A DNA stretch of 34,457 nt from NCBI GenBank assembly GCA_046542935.1, contig JBKHAJ010000003.1, positions 1 to 34,457 on the forward strand. Reading direction: 5' to 3'. Positions 8,354-18,026 of this stretch are shown piece by piece. The translations under genes were made by a program, and so were the position numbers. The notes under the pieces are model-generated. The model saw nothing but the letters and a program-made list of their open reading frames with translations. It ran no database searches and was not told the origin of the DNA. Numbering within the stretch: position 1 is the first letter of the stretch; each line of letters starts with the position of its first letter. The stretch is from Spirochaetia bacterium. Lineage in GTDB: Bacteria > Spirochaetota > Spirochaetia > SPDA01 > CAZSGZ01.

Positions 8354-9196
8354 ATGGCGAAACAGGTTTACATCCCCTGGAAGGTCTACATTGCCCTCGC
8401 GGTTCTCGGGCTTGTCGGGTCAGCGGGCGTCTTGCCTTACCTCCGGCAGCTCCTCGGTCCCGCGGCGGAAGCCTTAGAACCCTCGGCACCCTTCTTTCTC
8501 ATAGCTCTTATACAAGGGTTTGTCTTGAGCACTCTTCTCAGTCTCCTGGGACTTCTGCTCGCCTCTCATACGGGCATGGGGGTTCCGGTTTTCGCGAGGA
8601 GACTGCAGCCTGTTATCCGCGGCGTATCATACGAGCAGCTTTACGTGAATGAATACTCCCCGTCGGAGGACCCTGCAGAGAGGGGCTTAGCCCGGAAATC
8701 CGTTCAAGAAGTAATAATGCCGGTGGTCCTAGGGCTTACCGTTGGAATTATCCTCGTCATCGTGGACTATTTTGTCTTTGCCCCTTCGCTTACCAAAAGT
8801 GTCGCTGATCTATCGTTACGCCCTGAATGGTGGCGGGGATTTCTCGCGAGCTTCTACGGAGGAATTGTGGAAGAGATCCTCTTGAGGCTCTTCTTTCTCA
8901 ATCTCATCCTTCTCATACTTATGAAGATCACCCGGCGAGAACGGAGAAGGCCCTCGGAACGGCAGGTATGGACGGCTATTATCCTGAGTACTCTCCTCTT
9001 CGCGGCCGGCCATCTTCCTACAGTCGCCGCGGCGGGGGAATTAAGCGATCTCATGATAGTACGCGTCATGGTCCTCAATTCGGCAGCGGGGATCGTATTC
9101 GGGCTGATCTTCACCCGCCGGGGGCTCCTCCCGGCGATGGCGTCACATTTTTCAGCTGATATCGTTCTCCATGTAATTGCAGCCGCTCTGCTATGA
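8354..9196 (+). CDS. CPBP/Abi-family intramembrane glutamic endopeptidase
   Basis: EEILLR, FAAGH and HxxxD (SHFSAD) motifs, multiple TMs. SD AAGGAGG before ATG 8354. Confidence 0.88.
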   Translation: MAKQVYIPWKVYIALAVLGLVGSAGVLPYLRQLLGPAAEALEPSAPFFLIALIQGFVLSTLLSLLGLLLASHTGMGVPVFARRLQPVIRGVSYEQLYVNEYSPSEDPAERGLARKSVQEVIMPVVLGLTVGIILVIVDYFVFAPSLTKSVADLSLRPEWWRGFLASFYGGIVEEILLRLFFLNLILLILMKITRRERRRPSERQVWTAIILSTLLFAAGHLPTVAAAGELSDLMIVRVMVLNSAAGIVFGLIFTRRGLLPAMASHFSADIVLHVIAAALL

Positions 9197-10735
9197 GACC
9201 GCCGCGGCGGGGGGCAGCAGTTTCGCTTCTTTCAGTATCTTCCTCGTGATGATAAAAAAGTGATGACCCTTGACGGCTAACGCTACGGCCTCCGGGAAGG
9301 ATATCTTGGTGTGAAAAAGGGAACGTGCGAGAAAGGAGAGGTAGCGCAGTCCGTATCGGGAAAATGTTTGTTTGTACAGGGAGCTGAAAAACGCTTTGAG
9401 GTCAGCCTTCGATACTTTTTTTCTTCTGTCTTTTTCCAACGGCTTCTTTTTCAGTAGGGTCATACACCGTTTGAAATAGAGCTTCGGCGAGAATATCTTT
9501 TCTAAAAGATTCTTGTAACCCTCGACTACCGTTTCCAAGGACATCTTGGGCAGAAAGTTCAGGTTGAGCCGGTGGGTGTTGTCTCCGGAGGATTCTTCGG
9601 TAAGCCGGTTTTCCGATTTGAGACGCCGGTAAAGCTGGGTGTTCGGCAAAGCGGTCAGCATTCCCACCATGGCAACGGGTATTCCCGCCTCCTGGATAAA
9701 ATCGAGCTGCCTGTCGAAGATGTCCTCCTTGTCCGTATCGAATCCTACAATAAAGCCGCCGGTCACTTCGATGCCCGCGGCCTGGATCTTTTTCACGTCG
9801 TCTATCGTGTTTCCCTTGAGATTCTGGCATTTCTGGGTATGTTCCAGGGTGTCCTGATCGGGAGTTTCGATACCCACAAAAACCATTGAGAAGCCCGAAG
9901 CGGCCATCATTTTCAGGAGTTCATCATCGTGGGCAAGATTTATACTTGCCTCAGTGGACAACTGAAAGGGATAATTCCTCGCCTTCTGCCAGGCGGCGAG
10001 CTTCGGGAGGAGGGTTTTTACCTCTTTTTTGTTTCCGATAAAATTATCGTCAACGATGAACAGATTGCCGGTAAAACCGGCGGCATACACCGCATCCAGC
10101 TCGCTAATAAACTGCTCGGTACTTTTCACCCGGACTTTGCGGCCGAACATCTCAATTATATCGCAGAACTCACAGTTGAAAGGACAACCCCGGGAATATT
10201 GGAGCGACATCATCTGGTATGCCTGAACGTCTACGATATCGAACCGGGGAATAGGGGTCCTCGAGAGCTCGGGCTTCTCACCGCCGCTCGAATATAGGGG
10301 CTTCGCGGTTCCCGCCTCGTAATCCGCGAGAAATGCGGGGAGTGTTACTTCCGCTTCATCGAGAATGAAATGACTTACACCTTCGATGTGTTCGTGTGAG
10401 GATATCGCATACGGCCCTCCCGCCGCAATTGGTGTCCCTGAATCACCGCACAGCCGGACTATCTCGTTGAATGATTCTTTCTGTACGAGGAGGGCGGAGA
10501 CGAATACCAGATCGGCGGCATGGATAGCCTCCTCCAGTCCGCGGGAATCCACATTTAAATCGATAAGACTTACGTCGTAGTTATCGGGCAGCAGCGCGGC
10601 CACGGTCATCAGCCCGAGGGGAGGGAGAAGGGACTTCTTCCCCGTAAACGGAAGAACGTGCTCGTAGCTCCAGTAGGTCGCGGGAAATTCCGGGTAGACC
10701 ATCAGTATCTTTGTTTTATCGGTATGTTTTATCAT
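9191..10735 (-). CDS. B12-binding radical SAM protein (DUF4070-type C-terminus)
   Basis: PPLGLMTVAA and GGPYA cobalamin-binding N-terminus, RGCPFNCEFC (CxxxCxxC), FIVDDNF, GFIVGFD. Start set at ATG 10735 with SD AAAGGA. Confidence 0.9.
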   Translation of the reverse strand: MIKHTDKTKILMVYPEFPATYWSYEHVLPFTGKKSLLPPLGLMTVAALLPDNYDVSLIDLNVDSRGLEEAIHAADLVFVSALLVQKESFNEIVRLCGDSGTPIAAGGPYAISSHEHIEGVSHFILDEAEVTLPAFLADYEAGTAKPLYSSGGEKPELSRTPIPRFDIVDVQAYQMMSLQYSRGCPFNCEFCDIIEMFGRKVRVKSTEQFISELDAVYAAGFTGNLFIVDDNFIGNKKEVKTLLPKLAAWQKARNYPFQLSTEASINLAHDDELLKMMAASGFSMVFVGIETPDQDTLEHTQKCQNLKGNTIDDVKKIQAAGIEVTGGFIVGFDTDKEDIFDRQLDFIQEAGIPVAMVGMLTALPNTQLYRRLKSENRLTEESSGDNTHRLNLNFLPKMSLETVVEGYKNLLEKIFSPKLYFKRCMTLLKKKPLEKDRRKKVSKADLKAFFSSLYKQTFSRYGLRYLSFLARSLFHTKISFPEAVALAVKGHHFFIITRKILKEAKLLPPAAAVS

Positions 10736-10821
10736 TATATTCCTTTGTAGAGATTTTTTTTTACGGAAATATCGGTTTTCGAGGGGCCGCTTCACGGCGC
10801 CCAATCATATTTTCTGCCTCC

Positions 10822-10850
10822 ACAATATACTATTTTCGGGCCCCGGGCAA
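10822..10850 (-). promoter_or_regulatory. Candidate sigma70 promoter of the radical SAM gene
   Basis: TTGCCC-17nt-TATTGT, about 85 nt upstream of the start. Confidence 0.4.
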
Positions 10851-10885
10851 TGAAATGTTTTAAAACTCATTTAAACATTTGTTAA

Positions 10886-10904
10886 TGCCCCCGATCGTGG
10901 GGAT
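10886..10904. repeat. Solo copy of the REP-like hairpin repeat
   Basis: TGCCCCCGATCGTGGGGAT is identical to 3474-3492. Confidence 0.75.
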
Positions 10905-10973
10905 GAATTGCTCGAATGGCGCTTATTCGCTGGCACGCATTTTGCATAGTTATGGATGAGGAGAAAAGCACCT

Positions 10974-12182
10974 ATGTTCAAGAATAAACTTACCCTTTTC
11001 ACTATTGCCGGATTCAAGATCCAGGCCGATTTCAGCTGGCTTATTTTGGCCGGCCTCATTACCTGGACCTTGGCAACGGGACTGTTTCCCCGGAATGTTC
11101 CGGGAACAAGCACGGCGATTTACTGGATAATGGGGTTTATCGGGGCCGTCGGCATCTTCGGGAGCATTATCTTCCACGAGCTCTCCCATAGTCTCGTGGC
11201 GCGGCGGTTCGGGATGGAAATCGAAGGGATAACACTCTGGATCTTCGGCGGGGTCGCCCACATGGAGGAAAATCCTCCGAGTCCCCGGGCGGAGTTCGCC
11301 ATGGCCATCGCCGGGCCTCTGTCGAGCTTCGTCCTGGCGGGTATCTTCTTAGGTATCCGCTACCTTTCGGGGGCCGGAGAATGGTCGCCCCTCTTTTTCG
11401 GCGGGCAGGCGGGGATCGATTCTCCGGTGCAGGGGGTTCTGTGGTATCTGGGGAGAATCAACTTGATCTTAGGACTCTTCAATCTGGTTCCCGCCTTCCC
11501 CTTGGACGGGGGCAGGGCCCTCAGGTCGGGTTTGTGGGCCGGAAAGAAGGATATCATCTGGGCCTCTAAAGTCGCGTCGTTCATCGGCTCGGGATTCGCC
11601 TTTCTCCTCATCGGCGCGGGGGTCTTCTTCCTTTTCTCAGGTGCTTTCGTGGGAGGTATCTGGTGGGTTCTGATAGGGTTCTTTCTCCACAGCGCCTCGC
11701 GGAATGCGTACCAGCAGCTTCTTATAAGCCGGGCCTTGAGCGGTGTCCCCATCAAGAAGTTCATGAAAAAAGAGGTCATAACCGTTCCTCCCAACGCCAC
11801 CGTGGCCGCTCTGGTGGAGGATTACATCTATACCCATCACTACAAGCTCTTTCCGGTGGCCTCCGACGGAAACCTCGAAGGGTGCGTTACCACTCAGGAG
11901 GTGAAAAATGTGGACAGGGAGGACTGGGACACTACCGAGGTAGGCTCGATTACTCACTCCTGTTCCGAAGAGAACTCGGTAACTCCGGAGACCGACGCAG
12001 CTAAGGCACTGAGTATCATGAAGCGGGCCGGAAGAGGCCGACTCATGGTGGTCAAGAACGGCGAGCTTATCGGGATCGTTACCCTCAAGGATCTCATGCA
12101 GTACCTGTCGATGAAACTCGACCTCGAGCCGGGCAGGCTCCAGAGTCAGGATCCGGATCTTCCCGGCGGGCCTGAGGAGTGA
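10974..12182 (+). CDS. Site-2 protease (peptidase M50) with C-terminal CBS domain pair
   Basis: HELSH (HExxH), [16 protein letters not shown], two CBS repeats. SD GAGGAG before ATG 10974. Confidence 0.92.
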   Translation: MFKNKLTLFTIAGFKIQADFSWLILAGLITWTLATGLFPRNVPGTSTAIYWIMGFIGAVGIFGSIIFHELSHSLVARRFGMEIEGITLWIFGGVAHMEENPPSPRAEFAMAIAGPLSSFVLAGIFLGIRYLSGAGEWSPLFFGGQAGIDSPVQGVLWYLGRINLILGLFNLVPAFPLDGGRALRSGLWAGKKDIIWASKVASFIGSGFAFLLIGAGVFFLFSGAFVGGIWWVLIGFFLHSASRNAYQQLLISRALSGVPIKKFMKKEVITVPPNATVAALVEDYIYTHHYKLFPVASDGNLEGCVTTQEVKNVDREDWDTTEVGSITHSCSEENSVTPETDAAKALSIMKRAGRGRLMVVKNGELIGIVTLKDLMQYLSMKLDLEPGRLQSQDPDLPGGPEE

Positions 12183-12207
12183 GAAGTTTCTACACACCGG
12201 TTCGGCA

Positions 12208-13662
12208 TTACCTGCGCCAAAACATCGGCGTGAAGAGCACCAGTATGGTATACACCTCGAGGCGTCCTAAAGCCATGATGAAGCTCAAGAACCATTTGAC
12301 GTAGGCAGGATAGAAGGCATAATTCAGGGTCGGACCGATCTTTCCGAACCCGGGACCGATATTTCCGAGGGTAACCAGGGCGGTGGAAAAGGAGGTGACT
12401 ATGTCGTTTCCCGCGGTGGCTACGATAAAAGTCGTGAACAGGAGGAAGAAGAAGTAGAGAAAGACGAAACCGGAAATTATGTAGATAGTTTCCTTCTTGA
12501 TCGTACTCCCGTTCAGCCGCACACTGAAAACACCGCTCGGTTTGACCAGGTACTTCATCTCGTTGAACCCGAGCTTGATGAGGGTTACGATCCTCATAAC
12601 TTTGATTCCCCCCCCGGTGGATCCGGAGGAGCCTCCTATGAACATCAGGATGAAGAGGACAGCCTTCGACAGGTGGGGCCACGCGTCGAAATCGGCGGTG
12701 GCGTATCCGGTGGTGGTGAGTATCGAGGACGCTTGAAAGCCGCCGTAACGGAGGCTCGTCCCGAAACGCTCATAGGTCCCGGAGGCGTAGAGATCGAGAG
12801 CTATTACCAGGGTGGCTGCAATGAAAATCCCGATATAGGCCTTGACCTCGGTATTTTTTCCTACCGAGCGCCAGCTTCCCATGAGCATCTTGTGATACAG
12901 GACAAAGTTGACCCCCGCCGACAGCATGAAAATTGTAATCACTATGTGTATATATGCGGAAGGAAAGTGGCCTACGCTCGCATTCTGCGGCGAGAATCCT
13001 CCGGTAGCCATGGTTCCGAAGGTGTGGGTCAGGGCCTGGAAGAGGTCCATCCCTCCGAAAAGGAGAAGCACCGTTTCGAGGACGCTCAAGCCTAAGTAGG
13101 TTATCCAGAGAATCTTCGCGGTTTCGGTAATTCTCGGCGTCACCTTGTCCAGGGAGGGACCGGGTGATTCCGCCTTGATCAGCTGAAAACCTCCGTGCCC
13201 GAGGAGGGGAAACACCGCCACTGTGAGTACGACGATACCCATGCCGCCGAGCCAGTGGGTCAACGACCGCCAGAAGAGGATCGCCTTCGGCAGGCTCTCG
13301 ATCTCGGTGAGAATGGAGGCTCCGGTGGTGGTGTACCCGGACATGGTCTCGAAGAAGGCGTCCACATAGCTCGGGATCGCTCCGGACAGGTAGAAGGGGA
13401 GCGCCCCGGTCAGGGAGGCGGCAAACCAGGTGAGTCCCACGAAAAGGAAGCTTCCCTTGGTCGAAAGCGCCCGGTGACTGGCGCTTCGGGTAATGAAGTA
13501 GAGCCCTGCAAAGACGGCAATATTGATTCCGATGGGAATGAGAAACGAAGCTACCAGCTCCCCCTCGCCGTAATAGGCGGCGAACAAGAGGGGAGTGAGC
13601 ATAAAGAACGAGATGATCAGGAGGAAAATGGCGAAGACCCTTAAGACTACCTTTATCCTCAT
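12208..13662 (-). CDS. trkH: Trk K+ uptake membrane subunit TrkH
   Basis: Four pore-loop motifs ([33 protein letters not shown]), [16 protein letters not shown] overlap with trkA. Confidence 0.95.
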   Translation of the reverse strand: MRIKVVLRVFAIFLLIISFFMLTPLLFAAYYGEGELVASFLIPIGINIAVFAGLYFITRSASHRALSTKGSFLFVGLTWFAASLTGALPFYLSGAIPSYVDAFFETMSGYTTTGASILTEIESLPKAILFWRSLTHWLGGMGIVVLTVAVFPLLGHGGFQLIKAESPGPSLDKVTPRITETAKILWITYLGLSVLETVLLLFGGMDLFQALTHTFGTMATGGFSPQNASVGHFPSAYIHIVITIFMLSAGVNFVLYHKMLMGSWRSVGKNTEVKAYIGIFIAATLVIALDLYASGTYERFGTSLRYGGFQASSILTTTGYATADFDAWPHLSKAVLFILMFIGGSSGSTGGGIKVMRIVTLIKLGFNEMKYLVKPSGVFSVRLNGSTIKKETIYIISGFVFLYFFFLLFTTFIVATAGNDIVTSFSTALVTLGNIGPGFGKIGPTLNYAFYPAYVKWFLSFIMALGRLEVYTILVLFTPMFWRR

Positions 13663-15068
13663 GATTGGTACGCGAAGATCCTGTCCAGTTTTTTGATCGA
13701 TTCCTTTCGAGTCAAAAGAACGATGTGATCGCCGTATTCGATAGTCACCTCCCCTGTGGGGATGATGTTTTCCTTTTCCCGGGATATGAAGATGATGAGG
13801 GTGTCATAGGGAAGTTTGAGGTCCTTGATCTTCTGCCCTACCAGGGTACAGCCCTCCTCGCAGGAGGCCTCGATTATCTCGAGCTTGCCGCCGAGGATAG
13901 CGTGGATGTTCTTGATGTTACCCCGGCGCAGGTATTTCAAGATCGAGTTGACCATGCTGTTGTTGAGGCTGATGGTAGTGTCCACGGCGAGATGCTGGGC
14001 TATGTGCATGAAGTTGTTCTTTTTGACTAGGGCGACTGTCCTTCCGATTCCTAAGGATTTCGCGTACAGGGATGTGACCAAATTGAGCTCCTGATTTCCG
14101 GTCGTTGCTATCAGAAGGTCGTAGTTCACGAGGTCCCCGTCTTCGAGGAATCCCTCCTCGGAGATATCCCCGTATTGGACAAGTATTTCCGGAAACTCCT
14201 CGGCGAGGAGCTTACACTGTTCGAAATCCTTGTCGATAAGGACGATATTCCGCTTTTGCCTGTTCAGGAAGGGGCCGAATAGTTTTCCGAGTATCCTTTT
14301 TTTGCCGTTGGGATGACGGTCTAAGAGGTGCTGCAGCACGTAGGTCCCGATTCGCCCTCCGCCGACGATAATGATCTTCCTGATGTCCACACGCTGCTTT
14401 CCCGCCCAGGAGAACATGGCGTCCAGGATGTCGGGACTCGCGATGAGATACAAGGTGTCCCCGGTTATCACGAAGGTACCCCCTGAAGGGATGATGTAGT
14501 CGTTGTCCCGAATTATCACGGCTATTATGAACTCCGCCTGGATCTGGGCCTTGATTTCCTGAACGCTCTTCCCCGAAAAGAAGGACCCTTCGGAGACCAC
14601 AATGGAGCGCATCTGAAACGAAGAATCCTCGAAGAACATGATATCGGAGATGGCCCCGTGCTCCACCGAGCGGACGATGGCCTTGGCCGCCTCGATTTCC
14701 GGGTTCACCACGAAGTTTATACCTAAGAAGGTGTGTCCCGCTATCTTTGAGGCGGAGTAGTCGAAGTTTCTGACCCTCGCGATCTTGTAGGGCGTCTTGA
14801 ATTCGCTCGAGACCATGCCGCAGGCAATCAGATTCATCTCGTCCGACTCGGTTACCGCTATGAAAAACTCCGCCTCGTTCACGCCCGACTGATTGAGGAC
14901 CTCCCACCGGTTGGCCTCACCCTGGACGACCATACAGTCGAGGCTGTTCTGGGCCAGCTTGATCCGTTCGGGGTCGCGGTCGATAATGACCACGTCCTTG
15001 TTCTCGGAGATGAGCTGACGGGCAATCTGGATACCGACGTTACTTGCGCCGACAATGATTATTTTCAT
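13659..15068 (-). CDS. trkA: Trk K+ uptake regulatory subunit TrkA (two RCK domains)
   Basis: MKIIIVGASNVG, TESDEMN, IARVR, second Rossmann GGGRIG. Start moved to ATG 15068 (SD GAGGT), 469 aa. Confidence 0.93.
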   Translation of the reverse strand: MKIIIVGASNVGIQIARQLISENKDVVIIDRDPERIKLAQNSLDCMVVQGEANRWEVLNQSGVNEAEFFIAVTESDEMNLIACGMVSSEFKTPYKIARVRNFDYSASKIAGHTFLGINFVVNPEIEAAKAIVRSVEHGAISDIMFFEDSSFQMRSIVVSEGSFFSGKSVQEIKAQIQAEFIIAVIIRDNDYIIPSGGTFVITGDTLYLIASPDILDAMFSWAGKQRVDIRKIIIVGGGRIGTYVLQHLLDRHPNGKKRILGKLFGPFLNRQKRNIVLIDKDFEQCKLLAEEFPEILVQYGDISEEGFLEDGDLVNYDLLIATTGNQELNLVTSLYAKSLGIGRTVALVKKNNFMHIAQHLAVDTTISLNNSMVNSILKYLRRGNIKNIHAILGGKLEIIEASCEEGCTLVGQKIKDLKLPYDTLIIFISREKENIIPTGEVTIEYGDHIVLLTRKESIKKLDRIFAYQS

Positions 15069-15161
15069 ACCTCGTGTTAACTCCTGCGGGGTGCTGCTAA
15101 AGGTATCAGTATTACAATCGGGTTGCAAGTCGTGGCACCCTCCTGTCACTCCGCCCGGGCG

Positions 15162-15190
15162 TTGACAAGTCGGTCGGCTCTCTCTACTAT
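15162..15190 (+). promoter_or_regulatory. Near-consensus sigma70 promoter of alaS (leaderless or near-leaderless)
   Basis: TTGACA-17nt-TACTAT-8nt-ATG(15199), no SD. Confidence 0.75.
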
Positions 15191-15198
15191 CAATACCT

Positions 15199-16989
15199 AT
15201 GACAGCGAATGAACTACGCCGTAAATACGTCGAATTCTTTAAAAAACATAATCACGCGGAGATAGCGGGGCGCTCCCTGATACCGGAAAACGATCCCACG
15301 GTGCTCTTCACCACCGCCGGGATGCACCCCCTGGTTCCCTATATTTTAGGGGAGTCCCATCCCTCCGGGACACGCCTCGTGGACTATCAGAAATGCATCC
15401 GCACCGGGGACATCGAGTCGGTGGGAGACCCCCTTCATCTGACGTTTTTCGAGATGCTCGGGAACTGGTCCCTGGGGGATTACTTCAAGGACGAGGCCAT
15501 CCGGATGAGCTACGAGTTCCTGACCTCTTCCGATTGGCTGGGGATCGATCCGGACAAGCTGAGCGTGACCGTCTTCGCCGGAGACGAAGACGCCCCGCGG
15601 GACGACGAATCGGCACGGATCTGGCGTTCCTTGGGTATACCCGACGAGCGGATCTATTTTTTCGCAAAGTCCGACAACTGGTGGGGCCCCGCCGGAGCTA
15701 CCGGCCCCTGCGGTCCCGATACCGAGATGTTCATCGACACCGGAACCGAGGCGTGCAGCTCCGAGTGTAAACCGGGATGCTCCTGCGGAAAGTACTTCGA
15801 AGTGTGGAACGACGTTTTCATGCAGTACAACAAGAATGCCGAGGGAAAGTATCTCCCCATGGAGCGGAAGTGTGTGGACACGGGGATGGGAATAGAACGG
15901 ACCGCGGCCATCCTCCAGGGAAAGACGACCGTCTATGAGACCGAAATGTTCCGTCCCCTCATAACCGCCGTCGAAGAGCTCTCAGGAACCTCCTACGGCG
16001 CGGGTGAGGATACCGACATTTCCATCAGGATAATATCCGATCACATCAAGACCGCGACCTTCATCCTCGGAGACGAGAAAGGTATTACCCCTTCGAACCT
16101 CGGACAGGGATATATCCTCCGGCGCCTCATCCGCCGGGCAATCCGTCACGGCCGGAAGATAGGAATCGAGGATAAGTTTCTAGCCGATCCCGCCCGTCGG
16201 GTCCTCGACATGTACGAAGAGGTCTATCCCGATATGAAAGGACGGGGTGAGTTCATTCTCGAGGAGCTCGCCAAGGAGGAGGAGAAGTTCTCGGAAACCC
16301 TCAAGAAGGGGGAGGCCGAGTTCGAAAAGATGATCCCCAATCTCCTCAAGAACCCCGCCAAGGTCATTCCCGGCAGGCTCGCCTTCAAGCTCTACGATAC
16401 CTACGGCTTTCCCTTGGAAATTACCGAGGAGCTCGCCGCTGAGCACGGTTTGACCGTGGACCGGGACGGTTTTCAGAAGGCCTTCGAGAATCACCAGGAG
16501 CTGAGCAAGCAGGGGGCCGAGAAGACTTTCAAAGGCGGCCTAGCGGACCATTCCGACACGGTTAAACGCCTCCACACCGCCACCCATCTCCTCCACGAGG
16601 CCTTGAGGAGGGTCTTAGGCGACCACGTCCTGCAGAAGGGGAGCAACATAACCGCCGAAAGGCTCCGGTTCGACTTTTCCCACCCCGAGAAGCTTACCGA
16701 AGAGGAGATCAAACAGGTCGAGGATATCGTCAACCGGCAGATCGAGAGGGACCTCCCCGTAACCATGGAGATGACCGACGTGGAAGAGGCGAAGAAGAGG
16801 GGCGCCATGGCCCTCTTCGACGAGAAATATGAGGATACCGTCAAGGTCTATTCTATCGGGGATTTTTCCACCGAGGTGTGCGGAGGGCCTCATGTGGAGC
16901 GGACCGGGGAGCTCGGGAAGTTCGAGATAAAGAAAGAACAGTCCTCCTCCGCGGGGGTCCGGAGGATCAGGGCGGTCTTAGTCGAGTAG
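15199..16989 (+). CDS. alaS: Alanine--tRNA ligase, short form lacking the C-Ala domain
   Basis: DPTVLFTTAGM, FFEMLGNWS, GPCGPDTE, DTGMGIER, YDTYGFP, editing HTATHLLH and CGGPH. Ends right after GVRRIRA (596 aa). Confidence 0.97.
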   Translation: MTANELRRKYVEFFKKHNHAEIAGRSLIPENDPTVLFTTAGMHPLVPYILGESHPSGTRLVDYQKCIRTGDIESVGDPLHLTFFEMLGNWSLGDYFKDEAIRMSYEFLTSSDWLGIDPDKLSVTVFAGDEDAPRDDESARIWRSLGIPDERIYFFAKSDNWWGPAGATGPCGPDTEMFIDTGTEACSSECKPGCSCGKYFEVWNDVFMQYNKNAEGKYLPMERKCVDTGMGIERTAAILQGKTTVYETEMFRPLITAVEELSGTSYGAGEDTDISIRIISDHIKTATFILGDEKGITPSNLGQGYILRRLIRRAIRHGRKIGIEDKFLADPARRVLDMYEEVYPDMKGRGEFILEELAKEEEKFSETLKKGEAEFEKMIPNLLKNPAKVIPGRLAFKLYDTYGFPLEITEELAAEHGLTVDRDGFQKAFENHQELSKQGAEKTFKGGLADHSDTVKRLHTATHLLHEALRRVLGDHVLQKGSNITAERLRFDFSHPEKLTEEEIKQVEDIVNRQIERDLPVTMEMTDVEEAKKRGAMALFDEKYEDTVKVYSIGDFSTEVCGGPHVERTGELGKFEIKKEQSSSAGVRRIRAVLVE

Positions 16990-18021
16990 TTTTTTCAGGG
17001 ACGAGCCGAGCTGACCGCAGGCCCCCCCTATTCCCCGTCCCCGGGTGTATCTGCGGGTGTAGGTGATATTCGCCGCCTCCAATCGAGCAAGAAATGTTTC
17101 GATCTGTCCGGCTTCGGGGGGTTTATAGTCGAGCCCGGGGACCGGGTTCCAGGGAATGACGTTGACCACCGCCTTTAAGGGGCGGACGAAGGACTCGAGG
17201 GCCCGTACCGCCTTTTCGGTATCGTTTACCCCCGGAATCAGCACGTATTCCAGGGTAATCCGCTTCCCCCCCGCCTTCCTGTACGCAGCAAGCGCCGCTT
17301 GGAGCGCATCCAGGGGATTGTTCCGGGCTATAGGCATAAGGCCTTCCCGTATCTTCTGTTCGGCGGTTATGAGAGATACCGCGAGGCGTACCTTAGGCCC
17401 TTCCCGGCTGAGCTCACCGATCCCCTCGACGAGTCCGCAGGTGGACACGGTCATTCTTCGTAGGCTCATCTCCATTCCTAAGGGATGGGACAGAATCGCG
17501 ATCGCCCGGCGCACCTCCTCGAGATTGGCCAAGGGTTCTCCCATCCCCATGAATACCAGCGAGTCGATACTACCGGCGTTCTCTTCCGCCAGGCGGAACT
17601 GTTCGGTTATCTCGTAGGCGTACAGGTTCCGTACAAGTCCCAGGGTGCCGGTCTTGCAGAAACCGCACCCCATGGCGCACCCCGCCTGGGTGGAGACGCA
17701 CGCCGTCCTGCGCCCGGAGCCATCGGTAAGTATCACCGTCTCCACCGCCACCGTATCGGAGGTACCGGCCCCCGGGCATCGGACTACCAGCTTGAGCGTC
17801 CCGTCCTCGTCTTCGATTCGATTCTCCACGGAGCACCGGGAGCTTGAGGTTTCGGTCTCCAGACGTTCTCTCATGATTTTCGGGAGGGCGGTCATCTCGC
17901 CAATCGGCGCCTTTTCCTTCCACACCGCCTGGAAAATCTGACGCCCCCGGTAGGGGGGTGAAAGATCGAAGACACGGCATATCTGTTCGGGAAGGTATCC
18001 GGTTAGGGGAAGAGGCTGCAT
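16978..18021 (-). CDS. rlmN: 23S rRNA (A2503-C2)/tRNA methyltransferase RlmN
   Basis: CVSTQAGCAMGCGFC, FMGMGEPL, TVSTCG, ITLEYVL, GACGQL. Confidence 0.93.
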   Translation of the reverse strand: MQPLPLTGYLPEQICRVFDLSPPYRGRQIFQAVWKEKAPIGEMTALPKIMRERLETETSSSRCSVENRIEDEDGTLKLVVRCPGAGTSDTVAVETVILTDGSGRRTACVSTQAGCAMGCGFCKTGTLGLVRNLYAYEITEQFRLAEENAGSIDSLVFMGMGEPLANLEEVRRAIAILSHPLGMEMSLRRMTVSTCGLVEGIGELSREGPKVRLAVSLITAEQKIREGLMPIARNNPLDALQAALAAYRKAGGKRITLEYVLIPGVNDTEKAVRALESFVRPLKAVVNVIPWNPVPGLDYKPPEAGQIETFLARLEAANITYTRRYTRGRGIGGACGQLGSSLKKLLD

Positions 18022-18026
18022 GGAAT

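Noticed and set aside
10736-10821. Cobalamin or SAM riboswitch in the radical SAM leader
   Set aside because: The leader is too short (about 80 nt), and I recognised no B12-box or SAM core motifs. An Rfam/Infernal scan would be decisive.
3472-10904. Hairpin repeat as a CRISPR repeat (CCCC...GTGGGGATGAA resembles type I-E repeats)
   Set aside because: Copies are inverted or 7 kb apart, with no regular repeat-spacer array and no cas genes.
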